A DNA stretch of 64,000 nucleotides from Candidatus Eiseniibacteriota bacterium (GTDB lineage Bacteria > Eisenbacteria > RBG-16-71-46 > CAIMUX01 > VGJL01), in contig JBHGAY010000002.1 of assembly GCA_041946735.1 (NCBI GenBank), positions 64,001 to 128,000 on the forward strand, in the 5' to 3' direction. Of the stretch, positions 48,244 to 56,858 are shown one piece after another; the first letter of the stretch is position 1, and each line of letters begins with the position of its first letter. Under the pieces are notes generated by a model. That model saw only the letters and a program-made list of their open reading frames with translations. It was not told where the DNA came from and did not search any database. The position numbers were made by a program, and so were the translations under genes.

Positions 48244-49411
48244 GCGACCTCCTCCTCTCCCGCTCCTCCGCGGCGGCCTCGACGATCTCGAGGGCGCGGC
48301 GCGACGTGCGCGCGATGTCGAAGCGCTCGCGAACCCGGCGGCGTCCCCGCTCGGCGAGCGAGCGAGCGCGCGCCGGCTCATCGAGGAGCGAGGCGATCGC
48401 GCCGGCCAGCGCGCCGGGATGCGCGGGCGGGACGAGCACACCCGCGTCGCCGACCGTCTCGGGAATCACGTGAACCTCGGTCGCGACGAGCGGAACGCCG
48501 AGCGCCATGTACTCGAGCGCGGAGCGGCAGACCGCCTCGCTGCCGGTCGAGGCGATCACCGCGGCGTCGAGCCCCGCGGCGAGCGCGAGCGGATCGTCCA
48601 CGGCCGGCAGGACGGCGAAGCGGTCCGCGATTCCCGCCTCTCGCGCCATCGTCTCCACCGCCTCCCGGCCGAGCTGCCCCTCCGGTCCTGCGCAGACGAA
48701 CCGCAGCCTTTCGGCGAGCGCCCCGCGCGCCGGATCGAGCAACGACCGCGCCGCGGCGACGAGGTCGGCGTGCCCCTTGACCGGGCTGTAGCGCGCGAGC
48801 ATCCCGGCCACGACGGCGCCCTCCGGCCACCCCCGCTCCTCGCGCAGGCGCCGGCGCGCGCACTCGCGATCGATCGTCCCACCGGTCTCCGGATCGATCC
48901 CCGCCGGGAGCACCTCGATCCGCTCCGCCGGGACGGCGAGACGCTCGAAATATCCGGGGATCATGAAGCGTCCGGACGGAAGGACGCGGTCGCTCCCCTC
49001 CACGTAGAGCCAGCGCGCCGCCGGGCCCGCGGCCGGCCGGCGTATGTCGGCGCGGAACCGGAGAAGCGGGCTCCTCGTCGCCCGCAGCGCGGCGGCGGCC
49101 GCGAAATGCCCGGAGCCGGTGTGCACGAAGACGGCAGCGAGGCGCCCCGACACGGCCGCTTCCCGGAGGTCGCGGAATGCGCGGAGCCACCGATCCGGGC
49201 GGCGCGACGCGAGATCCCGCCAGCGCGAGCCGTCCATTCCGGCGCTCGCCGCGCGGTCGGCGAGAGGGCTCGACGGAGGCGCGACGATGCGCGAGGCGAA
49301 CCCATGGCGGCGCACCCCCTCGGCCAGGGAGAAGGCATGGTAGGCAAGGGCGCTCCACCATCGCACCCAGGCGAGATGCAAGACGTATCTCTCGGACTCC
49401 GGCTCTTCCAC
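48218..49411 (-). CDS. Glycosyltransferase family 4
   Basis: ARYSPVKGH, SEAVCRSALEYMALGVPLVAT, PETV. GTG 49411 is supported by the upstream promoter. Confidence 0.9.
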   Translation of the reverse strand: MEEPESERYVLHLAWVRWWSALAYHAFSLAEGVRRHGFASRIVAPPSSPLADRAASAGMDGSRWRDLASRRPDRWLRAFRDLREAAVSGRLAAVFVHTGSGHFAAAAALRATRSPLLRFRADIRRPAAGPAARWLYVEGSDRVLPSGRFMIPGYFERLAVPAERIEVLPAGIDPETGGTIDRECARRRLREERGWPEGAVVAGMLARYSPVKGHADLVAAARSLLDPARGALAERLRFVCAGPEGQLGREAVETMAREAGIADRFAVLPAVDDPLALAAGLDAAVIASTGSEAVCRSALEYMALGVPLVATEVHVIPETVGDAGVLVPPAHPGALAGAIASLLDEPARARSLAERGRRRVRERFDIARTSRRALEIVEAAAEERERRRSHGPRGARR

Positions 49412-49421
49412 TCGGACGGTG

Positions 49422-49450
49422 AGGCTAGCATGCGGGACGGAGGGCCTCAA
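49422..49450 (-). promoter_or_regulatory. Putative sigma70 promoter for the GT4 operon
   Basis: Minus strand TTGAGG-N17-TAGCCT with TG extension. Confidence 0.45.
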
Positions 49451-49603
49451 TCGGGGCGGCGACTCGACCAGCGGCGCCGCCCTTCGCGACTCCGGCCCGC
49501 GCGGCCGGTTTCGCGTGGACTTCCCGTCGCCGGCGACCCTACAGTGGACCGCGATCCTGCCCGGCGTCCCGGGCGCTCGATGCTTGGCGATGAGGCTCTG
49601 CCG

Positions 49604-51631
49604 ATGCCGTTTCGAAGGACCGGATCCGTCTTCCTCCTGCTTCTCCTGCTGTGGGCCGCGACCGCCGCTTCCCCGGCATTTGGGCCGCCGGCTTCCGGGC
49701 CGCTCGCTTCCGAGCGGCTCGCCTCCGAGCGGCTCGCCTCGGTGCCGCTCCCGAAGGGACAGGCGTTCGTGGATCCGCCGGGAGGCGCGATCGGTCCGCT
49801 CCAGACGATCCGGATCGTTTCGCGATGGGACTCGGCGGGCTACGCGATCGCCCCCGACTTCTCGGAGCTGGAAGGCGGAGAAGCGGGCGACTTCGCCGTC
49901 GCGGACAGCGGCAACGGCTCCTACCTGATCGTGTATACGACCGGCCCGATGGCGGGGCTCTCGAGCGCCGCGGGCCTGACGATCCCGATCCAGGCGACGA
50001 ACTCGATCCAGGGGAGCTTCACCGATCGCACCCTCCGCGCATGCCGCAATCTCGGCCGCCGGCCTGAGCACATCGCGACCGAGATCGTTCGCCCGCTCGA
50101 GGTCTACCATCCCGGCGACTCCCTCGTCGTCCGCACGCGCTGGCAGCAGGGCGACGCCTCGGGGATGACCGTCACCGCGGATTACGCATCGCTCGCTAAG
50201 CCGGGCTCCGGCGTGCCGGCGCAGACCGTCGCGATCGTCGACACGCTCCTGCAGATCAAGGAGTACACCTTCTCGTGGAAGATCCCGGGGGTCGGGCAGC
50301 TTCTCCAGGAGGGCAACGACCTGCCGCTCACCTTCGTCGGCCGCGATGCGCTGTGCAGCGAGGTGCGGGTCTCCCCGGTGACGATCGACCTCCGCCTGAG
50401 CGGCGCCCCCGCGCTCCTCTCGCACCGGGTCCTCGAGCCGGCCGGCCGCGGCGTTCGTGCCGGGGACACGCTGATCCTCTCCTGCGTCTGGGACCGGCCG
50501 GGCTACGACCTGCGGCCGGACTTCTCGGCGCTAGATGGCACGAGCGGCGACGGCAGCTTCGCGGTCGTCGACCTGGGAGGCGGCAGCTACGAGATCCGCC
50601 ACACGGTCGCCCCGCTCGGCGATCTTCCCGACGCGCTCGTGCCGGTGCCGGTCACGGCGACCGATCCGTTCGGGGATCGTTTCACCGACAACTCGATCTC
50701 GATCAGCCGCAACCGGTCCACGCCGGGGCCGGTGCATCTGGGAACCGACACGCGGCGCTCGCGCCGCGTCTACAAGGGCAACGACTCGCTCGTCGTCGTC
50801 AGCCGCTGGACGCACCCGGCCGGCCTCGGCATCCAGATGCGCCCGCTGTTCACCGGGCTCGTTCCCACGTTCGCCGACACCGAGGCGGTCGTGACGCGGC
50901 GCGGCGTCCCTTCCTCGGTCGACACCTTCTTCGTCGCCTACCGGCTCCCGCAGAAGGAATCGGGGCTCCTCGCTCCCGACGGAGAGCGGATCCGCATCGG
51001 CGTCGTCGCTCGCGACTCGCTCTGGACCGAGGTCGTCTACGACTCGATCCTCGTCGATCTCGACACGAAGGCGCCGCCGGCCTCGCCCACGCTCGACCCT
51101 TTGCCGGCGAGCACCGACGTAAGTCATATCCTGGTGACCGGCATCGCGCCGGAGGCCTACGCCGTCGCCTTCATCCGCAACGACGTGCTGCGCTTCCGCT
51201 CGCCGGTCGACAGCTTGACCGGACGGTTCGAGGCGGAGATGGATCTCGTTCCCGGCTCGAACAAGATCACCGCTTGGGGGGAGGACTTCGCCGGCAACAA
51301 GACCCCGCTCGGGAACAACGTCTTCACGAACTACATCACCGGCAGGGTCACGAGCTACCCGACGCCGTTCCGCCCGGAGGACGAGATCTCCGTCGGCGAT
51401 CCGGAGGGAATGCAAGAGGCGCTTGTGCAGATCTACAACCTGGAAGGGGACGTCGTTCGCGAGTTCCGCCAGGAGGGAGGAAGCTTCTTCGAGGCTCGTT
51501 TCGAATGGGACGGGAAGGACGTCGACGGGAGGATGGCGCAGCCGGGCTACTACCTGGTTCGCATCCACCGGACGTCCACGAGCGGGAAGACGCGCAACGA
51601 GGTGAGCTCGATGCTCTTCCGGACCAACTGA
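49604..51631 (+). CDS. Secreted protein with four Ig-like repeats and FlgD-Ig C-terminal domain
   Basis: Signal peptide; repeats RWDSAGYAIAPDFSEL / VWDRPGYDLRPDFSAL; DTKAPP..DFAGNKT; YPTPF..IYNLEGDVVR..WDGKDVDGRMAQPGYYLVRI. Confidence 0.8.
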   Translation: MPFRRTGSVFLLLLLLWAATAASPAFGPPASGPLASERLASERLASVPLPKGQAFVDPPGGAIGPLQTIRIVSRWDSAGYAIAPDFSELEGGEAGDFAVADSGNGSYLIVYTTGPMAGLSSAAGLTIPIQATNSIQGSFTDRTLRACRNLGRRPEHIATEIVRPLEVYHPGDSLVVRTRWQQGDASGMTVTADYASLAKPGSGVPAQTVAIVDTLLQIKEYTFSWKIPGVGQLLQEGNDLPLTFVGRDALCSEVRVSPVTIDLRLSGAPALLSHRVLEPAGRGVRAGDTLILSCVWDRPGYDLRPDFSALDGTSGDGSFAVVDLGGGSYEIRHTVAPLGDLPDALVPVPVTATDPFGDRFTDNSISISRNRSTPGPVHLGTDTRRSRRVYKGNDSLVVVSRWTHPAGLGIQMRPLFTGLVPTFADTEAVVTRRGVPSSVDTFFVAYRLPQKESGLLAPDGERIRIGVVARDSLWTEVVYDSILVDLDTKAPPASPTLDPLPASTDVSHILVTGIAPEAYAVAFIRNDVLRFRSPVDSLTGRFEAEMDLVPGSNKITAWGEDFAGNKTPLGNNVFTNYITGRVTSYPTPFRPEDEISVGDPEGMQEALVQIYNLEGDVVREFRQEGGSFFEARFEWDGKDVDGRMAQPGYYLVRIHRTSTSGKTRNEVSSMLFRTN

Positions 51632-51661
51632 GCGCTGGATGAAGGACGGGACGGAGCAAGG

Positions 51662-52681
51662 ATGATCGATCGCCGCGACCCGGCAGCCGCCCGCGGGCAG
51701 GCGCCCACGATCTCGACCTCCCTCTCTCGCCGCGTGCGCGGCCCGCTGTCGCTCGCTCTTCTCGCGGCCTCGCTCGTCGCGATTCTCGCCTGCGCGGCGC
51801 CCGCGCGCGCGCAGGTGGCCGGAGCGTTCCCGCATCTCGAGCCGTGGCCGGCCGCCCTCGCCCTCGGAGGCGCCGAGGAGGGGCTCGGGCGCGGAACGGA
51901 GGCGACGCTCGAGAATCCCGCCGGGATGCTGGCCGTCCCGGGCAAAGGTTTCGCCTTCTCGCACGCCTCGCTGTTCGAGGGCGGGCTCGTGCACCACCAG
52001 GCGGCGGCGATCTCCTGGGCGCGTTCGGCGAAGCGGATGCGCTGGCAAGGCTCGAACATCGTCACGGAGGCCGGCGAGGTGCGATCGGCGTGGGGCCTCG
52101 CGTTGACGAACCTCTCCGGCGATCTCCCGGGGAGCGACACCTACGGCGAGCTGCAAGTCGGCGTCGCCTACGCGCGCCGCCTTCCGCTCGCGATCGACGG
52201 CGGAATTCGCGTCCGCTTCCTGCAGGCGCGGAGCACCGTCGACGGCTCCGATGGAGGGGGCTACGCGCTCGACCTCGGCCTGTCCGGCGAGATCGCCGGC
52301 TTCCGCCTCGGAGGCGTCGCGCGCTCCTTCTTCTCCGACACGCGTTGGGACCGCTCGCTGGACGAGCCGCTCCCGGCCGGCTTCGACCTCGCGCTCGAGC
52401 GCCCGCTCGCCGGCGGCGTCTCGTCCCGCTTCGGCGCGACGATCCGCGAGAACGGGGAGCCGCAGCGGGTGACCGGCGGGGCGTCGTGGGACGTCCCGGG
52501 AATGCCGCTCGCCCTGCTCGGGGCCGCCTCGCTGCGCGATACGCGCGCCGAGAACCGCGTGGAGCCGTCGGCCGGCGCCACGTTCCGCGTCGGGATCTTC
52601 GCCGCCGCCTACGCGGTCCGCTTCGGTCCGGCCGGACTCGGCGAAATCCATCGCTTCAGCCTCCGCGTCGCAGTTCCCTGA
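51662..52681 (+). CDS. PorV/PorQ-like outer-membrane barrel
   Basis: Signal peptide, AALALGGA..ATLENPAGM (NPA motif), FAFSH, ALDLG, LGEIHRFSL C-terminus. Confidence 0.75.
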   Translation: MIDRRDPAAARGQAPTISTSLSRRVRGPLSLALLAASLVAILACAAPARAQVAGAFPHLEPWPAALALGGAEEGLGRGTEATLENPAGMLAVPGKGFAFSHASLFEGGLVHHQAAAISWARSAKRMRWQGSNIVTEAGEVRSAWGLALTNLSGDLPGSDTYGELQVGVAYARRLPLAIDGGIRVRFLQARSTVDGSDGGGYALDLGLSGEIAGFRLGGVARSFFSDTRWDRSLDEPLPAGFDLALERPLAGGVSSRFGATIRENGEPQRVTGGASWDVPGMPLALLGAASLRDTRAENRVEPSAGATFRVGIFAAAYAVRFGPAGLGEIHRFSLRVAVP

Positions 52682-52683
52682 TC

Positions 52684-52761
52684 GCTCGGCCGGAGAGCTC
52701 GGCTGGAGAGCTCGGCTGGAGAGCTCGGCCGGAGCGCTCGGCCGGAGCGCTCGGCCGGAGC
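52684..52761. repeat. 13-bp intergenic tandem repeat x6
   Basis: gctcggc(c/t)ggag(a/c) x6. Confidence 0.9.
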
Positions 52762-52865
52762 GCGGCGGGCCTCGGCCGCTCGGAGGCCGCAGGCCGGCGA
52801 CGCCGGCCGTTCGGCGTTGGCGGGGCGGCGCAATCCGGAAGCCGCGAGCCGGCGGAGTCGATCGA

Positions 52866-52894
52866 TTGCCCCGCCGGAAGCGTGGTGATAGTGT
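52866..52894 (+). promoter_or_regulatory. Putative sigma70 promoter for speA
   Basis: TTGCCC-N17-TAGTGT with TG extension. Confidence 0.5.
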
Positions 52895-52989
52895 GAGGAC
52901 CCTTGCGGCCGACGAGCGGGCGTCTCGGGGTTCCGATTGCCCGTCGGCTCTGAACCGTTCACCCTACCTCCCTCGGAGAAAACGCCCTG

Positions 52990-54951
52990 ATGGATGCGAC
53001 GTATCGGATTTCGATCCCCGTTCTCTATGGCATCGAGAACTGGGGCAGCGGTTACTTCGACGTCAACGCGGCCGGCCACCTGATGGTGAAGCCGTTCCGC
53101 TCGGGCCCCGGCGTCGACCTCTTCCAGGTCGTCGAGGAGCTGCGCAAACGCCGCTGTCCGACGCCCGTCCTGCTGCGCTTCCCTCAGGTGCTGGAGACGC
53201 AGATCCGTCATCTCCACCAGGCGTTCCAGAGCGCGATCACCGAGTTCCAGTACGGAGCCCGCTACCAGGGCGTGTTCCCGATGAAGGTCAACCACCGGCG
53301 AGACGTCGTGGAGGAGCTTCTTCGCGTCGGCAGCCGCTATGACTTCGGCATCGAGGTCGGCTCGAAGGCGGAGCTGTACATCGCCCTTTCGATCCCCCAG
53401 CCGGAGGACAGCCTGCTGATCTGCAACGGCTTCAAGGACGACTCGTTCATCGAGATGGCGTTCTGGGGACTGAAGACCGGCAAGCGCGTCGTGATCGTGA
53501 TCGAGCAGGTGCGTGAGATGTACGCCATCTTGAAGCGGATCGAGGAGACCGGGCTGGTCCCGACGCTCGGCCTGCGCGGGCGCCTCTACACGCGGGGCAG
53601 CGGCAAGTGGGAGGAGTCGGGAGGAGAGACGTCGAAGTTCGGGCTCTCGACCGTCGAGATGATCGACTGCCTGCGGATCCTCCAGGGGCGGGGACTCGAA
53701 GGGGCCCTCAAGATGCTCCACTTCCACATCGGCAGCCAGATCACCGACATCCGGAGGATCAAGGCGGCGGTGAAGGAGGCGAGCCGCGTCTACTCGAAGA
53801 TCCGGAAGATGAAGGTCCCGGTCGAGTACCTGAACGTCGGAGGCGGCCTCGGGGTCGACTACGACGGGTCGAAGACGCCCTCCGACTCGAGCGCGAACTA
53901 CACGGTGCAGGAGTTCGCGAACGACGTCGTCTACACGATCCGCGAGATCTGCGACGCGGAGGACGTGCCGGTGCCGACGATCGTCTCGGAGAGCGGGCGC
54001 GCGGTCACGGTCTATCACTCGATGCTGATCGTTTCCGCCGAGAACCGCTCGGACGCGAGCACGCTCACGCGCAACGAGATGATCAGCGCCGAGTCGGACA
54101 ACCAGGTTTTGCGTGAGCTGTTCGAAATCGCCCGCGACATCAGCGTGAAGAACTTCCGCGAGTACTACCACGACGCGCTGCAGCAGCGGGAGGAGCTGTT
54201 CACCCTCTTCGATCTCGGCTACATCGACCTGCTCGAGCGCGGGCGCGGCGAGGCTCTCTTCGAGGAGATCTGCACACGCGCGCTACGCTTCGCGAAGCAA
54301 ACGAACTACGTGAGCGACGAGTTCGACCTGCTCGAGAAGGCGCTCCGGAAGAAGTACGTCGCCAACTTCTCCGTCTTCCAGTCGGTCCCCGACTCGTGGA
54401 GCATCGGGCAGCTCTTTCCGGTCCTCCCGATCCACCGCCTGAACGAGTTCCCGACCGAGAACGGCATCCTGGTCGACCTCACCTGCGATTCCGACGGACA
54501 GATCGACAGTTTCGTCGACGTGAAGGACATCAAGGAGATCCTGGAGCTGCACCCGACGGTCAACGGCGGCCCGTACTACATCGCGATCACGCTTCTCGGC
54601 GCCTATCAGGACGTGATGGGGGACTTCCACAACCTGTTCGGATCGGTCAACGAGGCGCACGTCGTCGTCGACGAAAACGGGCGCCATCACATCAGGAAGA
54701 TCCTTCGGGGGAACTCGATCGAGGAGATGGCGCGGATCGCGGGCTTCGAGATCGAGGATCTGCAGAAGGAGTTCTCGTTCCGGATCGCGACCGGCGTGCG
54801 TCAGGGCCGCATGAGCGAAGCCGAGGGGGCGAGCCTGCTCGAGGCCTACCGGACGCGCGCCAGGGAATCGACCTATCTGAGCCCGTATCCACCAGCGGCC
54901 GAACAGCCGGCGGCCCCTTCGAACGGGAACTTCCGGCAGGCTGAGGCGTAG
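52990..54951 (+). CDS. speA: Biosynthetic arginine decarboxylase
   Basis: YGIENWGSGYF, FPMKVN, EVGSKAE, CNGFKD, HFHIGSQI, GGGLGVDYDG, ESGRA, DLTCDSDG, GAYQ. Confidence 0.98.
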   Translation: MDATYRISIPVLYGIENWGSGYFDVNAAGHLMVKPFRSGPGVDLFQVVEELRKRRCPTPVLLRFPQVLETQIRHLHQAFQSAITEFQYGARYQGVFPMKVNHRRDVVEELLRVGSRYDFGIEVGSKAELYIALSIPQPEDSLLICNGFKDDSFIEMAFWGLKTGKRVVIVIEQVREMYAILKRIEETGLVPTLGLRGRLYTRGSGKWEESGGETSKFGLSTVEMIDCLRILQGRGLEGALKMLHFHIGSQITDIRRIKAAVKEASRVYSKIRKMKVPVEYLNVGGGLGVDYDGSKTPSDSSANYTVQEFANDVVYTIREICDAEDVPVPTIVSESGRAVTVYHSMLIVSAENRSDASTLTRNEMISAESDNQVLRELFEIARDISVKNFREYYHDALQQREELFTLFDLGYIDLLERGRGEALFEEICTRALRFAKQTNYVSDEFDLLEKALRKKYVANFSVFQSVPDSWSIGQLFPVLPIHRLNEFPTENGILVDLTCDSDGQIDSFVDVKDIKEILELHPTVNGGPYYIAITLLGAYQDVMGDFHNLFGSVNEAHVVVDENGRHHIRKILRGNSIEEMARIAGFEIEDLQKEFSFRIATGVRQGRMSEAEGASLLEAYRTRARESTYLSPYPPAAEQPAAPSNGNFRQAEA

Positions 54952-54980
54952 AGGGAGCGTATCGACCTCTCGCTGCAGGG

Positions 54981-55020
54981 GCGGGGCGCTGCTTCCACCA
55001 GAGCGGCGCCCCGCTCTTTT
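54981..55020 (+). terminator. Intrinsic terminator after speA
   Basis: gcggggcgctgct-loop-agcggcgccccgc followed by tctttt. Confidence 0.8.
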
Positions 55021-55045
55021 CGTCTCCGGCCTGAGTCAGACCTGG

Positions 55046-55450
55046 TCAGAGGATCTGGCGCTCCGCCCAGCGGCCGAGATACGGGATCCGGTACCAGCGT
55101 CCCTGATGGGCTTGCCAGAGCAGGTAGATCCAGAGGACGAACAATCCCACCCGGAAGACGTAGAGGAGAGTCCCGTAGAGGAATCCCACGAACGGGAAGA
55201 AGGTGAGCAGCCACAGCGCGAACCAGACGAGGATCGCGACCGCCGTGGCGGCGATCGACTGGAGGCAGTGGAACTGCACGAACCGGTCCTCGCGCTTCCA
55301 GACGAGAAGGACCACGCCCGAAAATCCGGCGAGGGCATAGGCGAGCGCTGCATGCAGCCGCGAGGAGGGCAGCAGATCGAGCGAGGCGCCTCGCCCGCGC
55401 TCCCCCCCTTCCAGAACGTTCAGAGGATCCGCTCCCCGATCCGGTCCCAT
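55046..55450 (-). CDS. Small membrane protein (DUF4870/Tic20-like)
   Basis: AALAY, DRFVQFHCLQS, three TM helices, YRIPYLG. Confidence 0.85.
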   Translation of the reverse strand: MGPDRGADPLNVLEGGERGRGASLDLLPSSRLHAALAYALAGFSGVVLLVWKREDRFVQFHCLQSIAATAVAILVWFALWLLTFFPFVGFLYGTLLYVFRVGLFVLWIYLLWQAHQGRWYRIPYLGRWAERQIL

Positions 55451-56121
55451 CGTATCCGCCTCCAGACCGACTTGGCGTCGTTCGGCTCGAGCGACCAGTA
55501 GACCGCCATCGCCTTCCCTATCACGAGGCGGCGGTCGAGGAAACCCCAGACGCGCGAGTCGGAGCTGTTGTCGCGGTTGTCCCCGAGCATGAACAGGTGG
55601 TTCGCGGGGACCCGCACCGGACCGTAGTCGTCGAACGCCGCGGCGTGGCGCGCCGGGTCGATCTTACCCCCCGGCGGCAGGCTCACCCGCTTCCCGTCCA
55701 CGTAGAGGACCTTGTCGCGGATCGTCACCATCTGCCCGCCCACCGCTACGCAGCGCTTGATGAAGGTGGCTCCGTCCTCGTTCGGCGAGCGGAAGATCAG
55801 AATCTCGCCCGCGCGCGGCTCGCGAAGCGCCGGAGTACGGAGCCCGATCAGCGGCAACCGCGTGCCGTAGAGGAACTTGTTCGCGACGACGCGATCCCCG
55901 GGAAGGATCGTCTCCTCCATCGAGCCCGATGGGATCTTGAACGCCTCGACGACCGAGACGCGGATGAGCAGCGCCAAACCGACGGCCAGCAGGACGGTCC
56001 GGACGTACGGGAGGGCGAGGTGGTTCGCGGAGCGCCGGATCGGACGGGGGAGGAGGTTAGGATCCGAAGCAGGGTCTTCAGCTGGGAACGAAGCGGGAAA
56101 GAGTGGTGAACGACTCGACAT
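55420..56121 (-). CDS. lepB: Signal peptidase I
   Basis: AFKIPSGSMEETILPGD (catalytic Ser), FIKRC (catalytic Lys), MLGDNRDNSSDSRVWG. Confidence 0.96.
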   Translation of the reverse strand: MSSRSPLFPASFPAEDPASDPNLLPRPIRRSANHLALPYVRTVLLAVGLALLIRVSVVEAFKIPSGSMEETILPGDRVVANKFLYGTRLPLIGLRTPALREPRAGEILIFRSPNEDGATFIKRCVAVGGQMVTIRDKVLYVDGKRVSLPPGGKIDPARHAAAFDDYGPVRVPANHLFMLGDNRDNSSDSRVWGFLDRRLVIGKAMAVYWSLEPNDAKSVWRRIRWDRIGERIL

Positions 56122-56159
56122 GACACCAAGTTAGCATGAACCGGACGAAGCAAGGGGGA

Positions 56160-56465
56160 GATCGTTCGGGACTGCTGCGCCGGCCACGGGGCGAACAGGA
56201 AGAGAGCCGCCGGAATCACTCCAGCGACTCTCTTCGGAGGTTCGGCCGCTTGCCCCAGGTTCGGTCTCCGGAACCCATCTAGCCACGCCGTGGGTCAACG
56301 ATGAATTCCGGCGACCGAAGCATCTGCAGGTTCGCAGCCAGAATCGGGGATCGGGGGCCCGCCGGTCACGGAAGCAACCTTCGGTTCCGGCATTCGCCGG
56401 CATCCGGATTGCGCTTCTGCCGGGGTTGGGAAACAGTCCGTACCCAGCGAGCGTCCCGATCTGCC
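56160..56465 (-). ncRNA. Candidate unannotated structured RNA (~300 nt)
   Basis: 5' and 3' ends pair (UCGGGAC/GUCCCGA plus further stems); 16-bp hairpin at 56199-56235; long hairpin at 56260-56319; G-U wobbles form only on the minus strand; begins just downstream of a sigma54-type promoter. Confidence 0.6.
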
Positions 56466-56474
56466 GCTCCTATG

Positions 56475-56491
56475 AGCAGCCGGCATGCCAG
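56475..56491 (-). promoter_or_regulatory. Putative sigma54 -24/-12 promoter
   Basis: Minus strand CTGGCATGCCGGCTGCT = TGGCA core with exact GG-N10-GC spacing. Confidence 0.6.
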
Positions 56492-56762
56492 AACGGGTTG
56501 AACTCCCCGAAGGTTGTTAACTCTATTGCGGATCAAGAGGATAGGAGGTCGTCGCCGCCGCTCGAGCGCGCGAAGGTCGAGGAGGGCTCGCGATGTCGGA
56601 GGCTGGCGCGGTTCCCGGCGGGCGACGCCGCGCGCCCTCCGCCTGTAAACGGTTGTCCTGACAAGGCTTGGTGGTGGTTCCACCGGTACCACCACTTCGG
56701 CACCGGTGGTCGCAACTTCACTCACTCCCTTTCAGGAAAGAGGAACGCGATTCGCGTGGCGC

Positions 56763-56791
56763 AAAGAAAAGCCCCCGGACGACCGGGGGCT
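56763..56791 (-). terminator. Intrinsic terminator after the FadL-like barrel gene
   Basis: Minus strand AGCCCCCGG-TCGT-CCGGGGGCT-TTTCTTT. Confidence 0.85.
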
Positions 56792-56858
56792 CGTTCGAGC
56801 GCGGATTGCCGGACCCGCGGGCGTCGCGAGCGGACCCGCGGCGACCCGGCGGCGCCTG

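Noticed and set aside
56160..56510. tmRNA, RNase P RNA, SRP RNA or 6S RNA
   Set aside because: No tRNA-like ends with CCA or tag peptide, no GAGGAAAGUCC, no SRP helix-8 motif, and branched rather than rod-shaped. Judged by eye only; needs an Infernal search.
56513..56540. Canonical IHF site
   Set aside because: TAA-N5-TTG spacing does not fit WATCAANNNNTTR; kept only as an AT-rich patch
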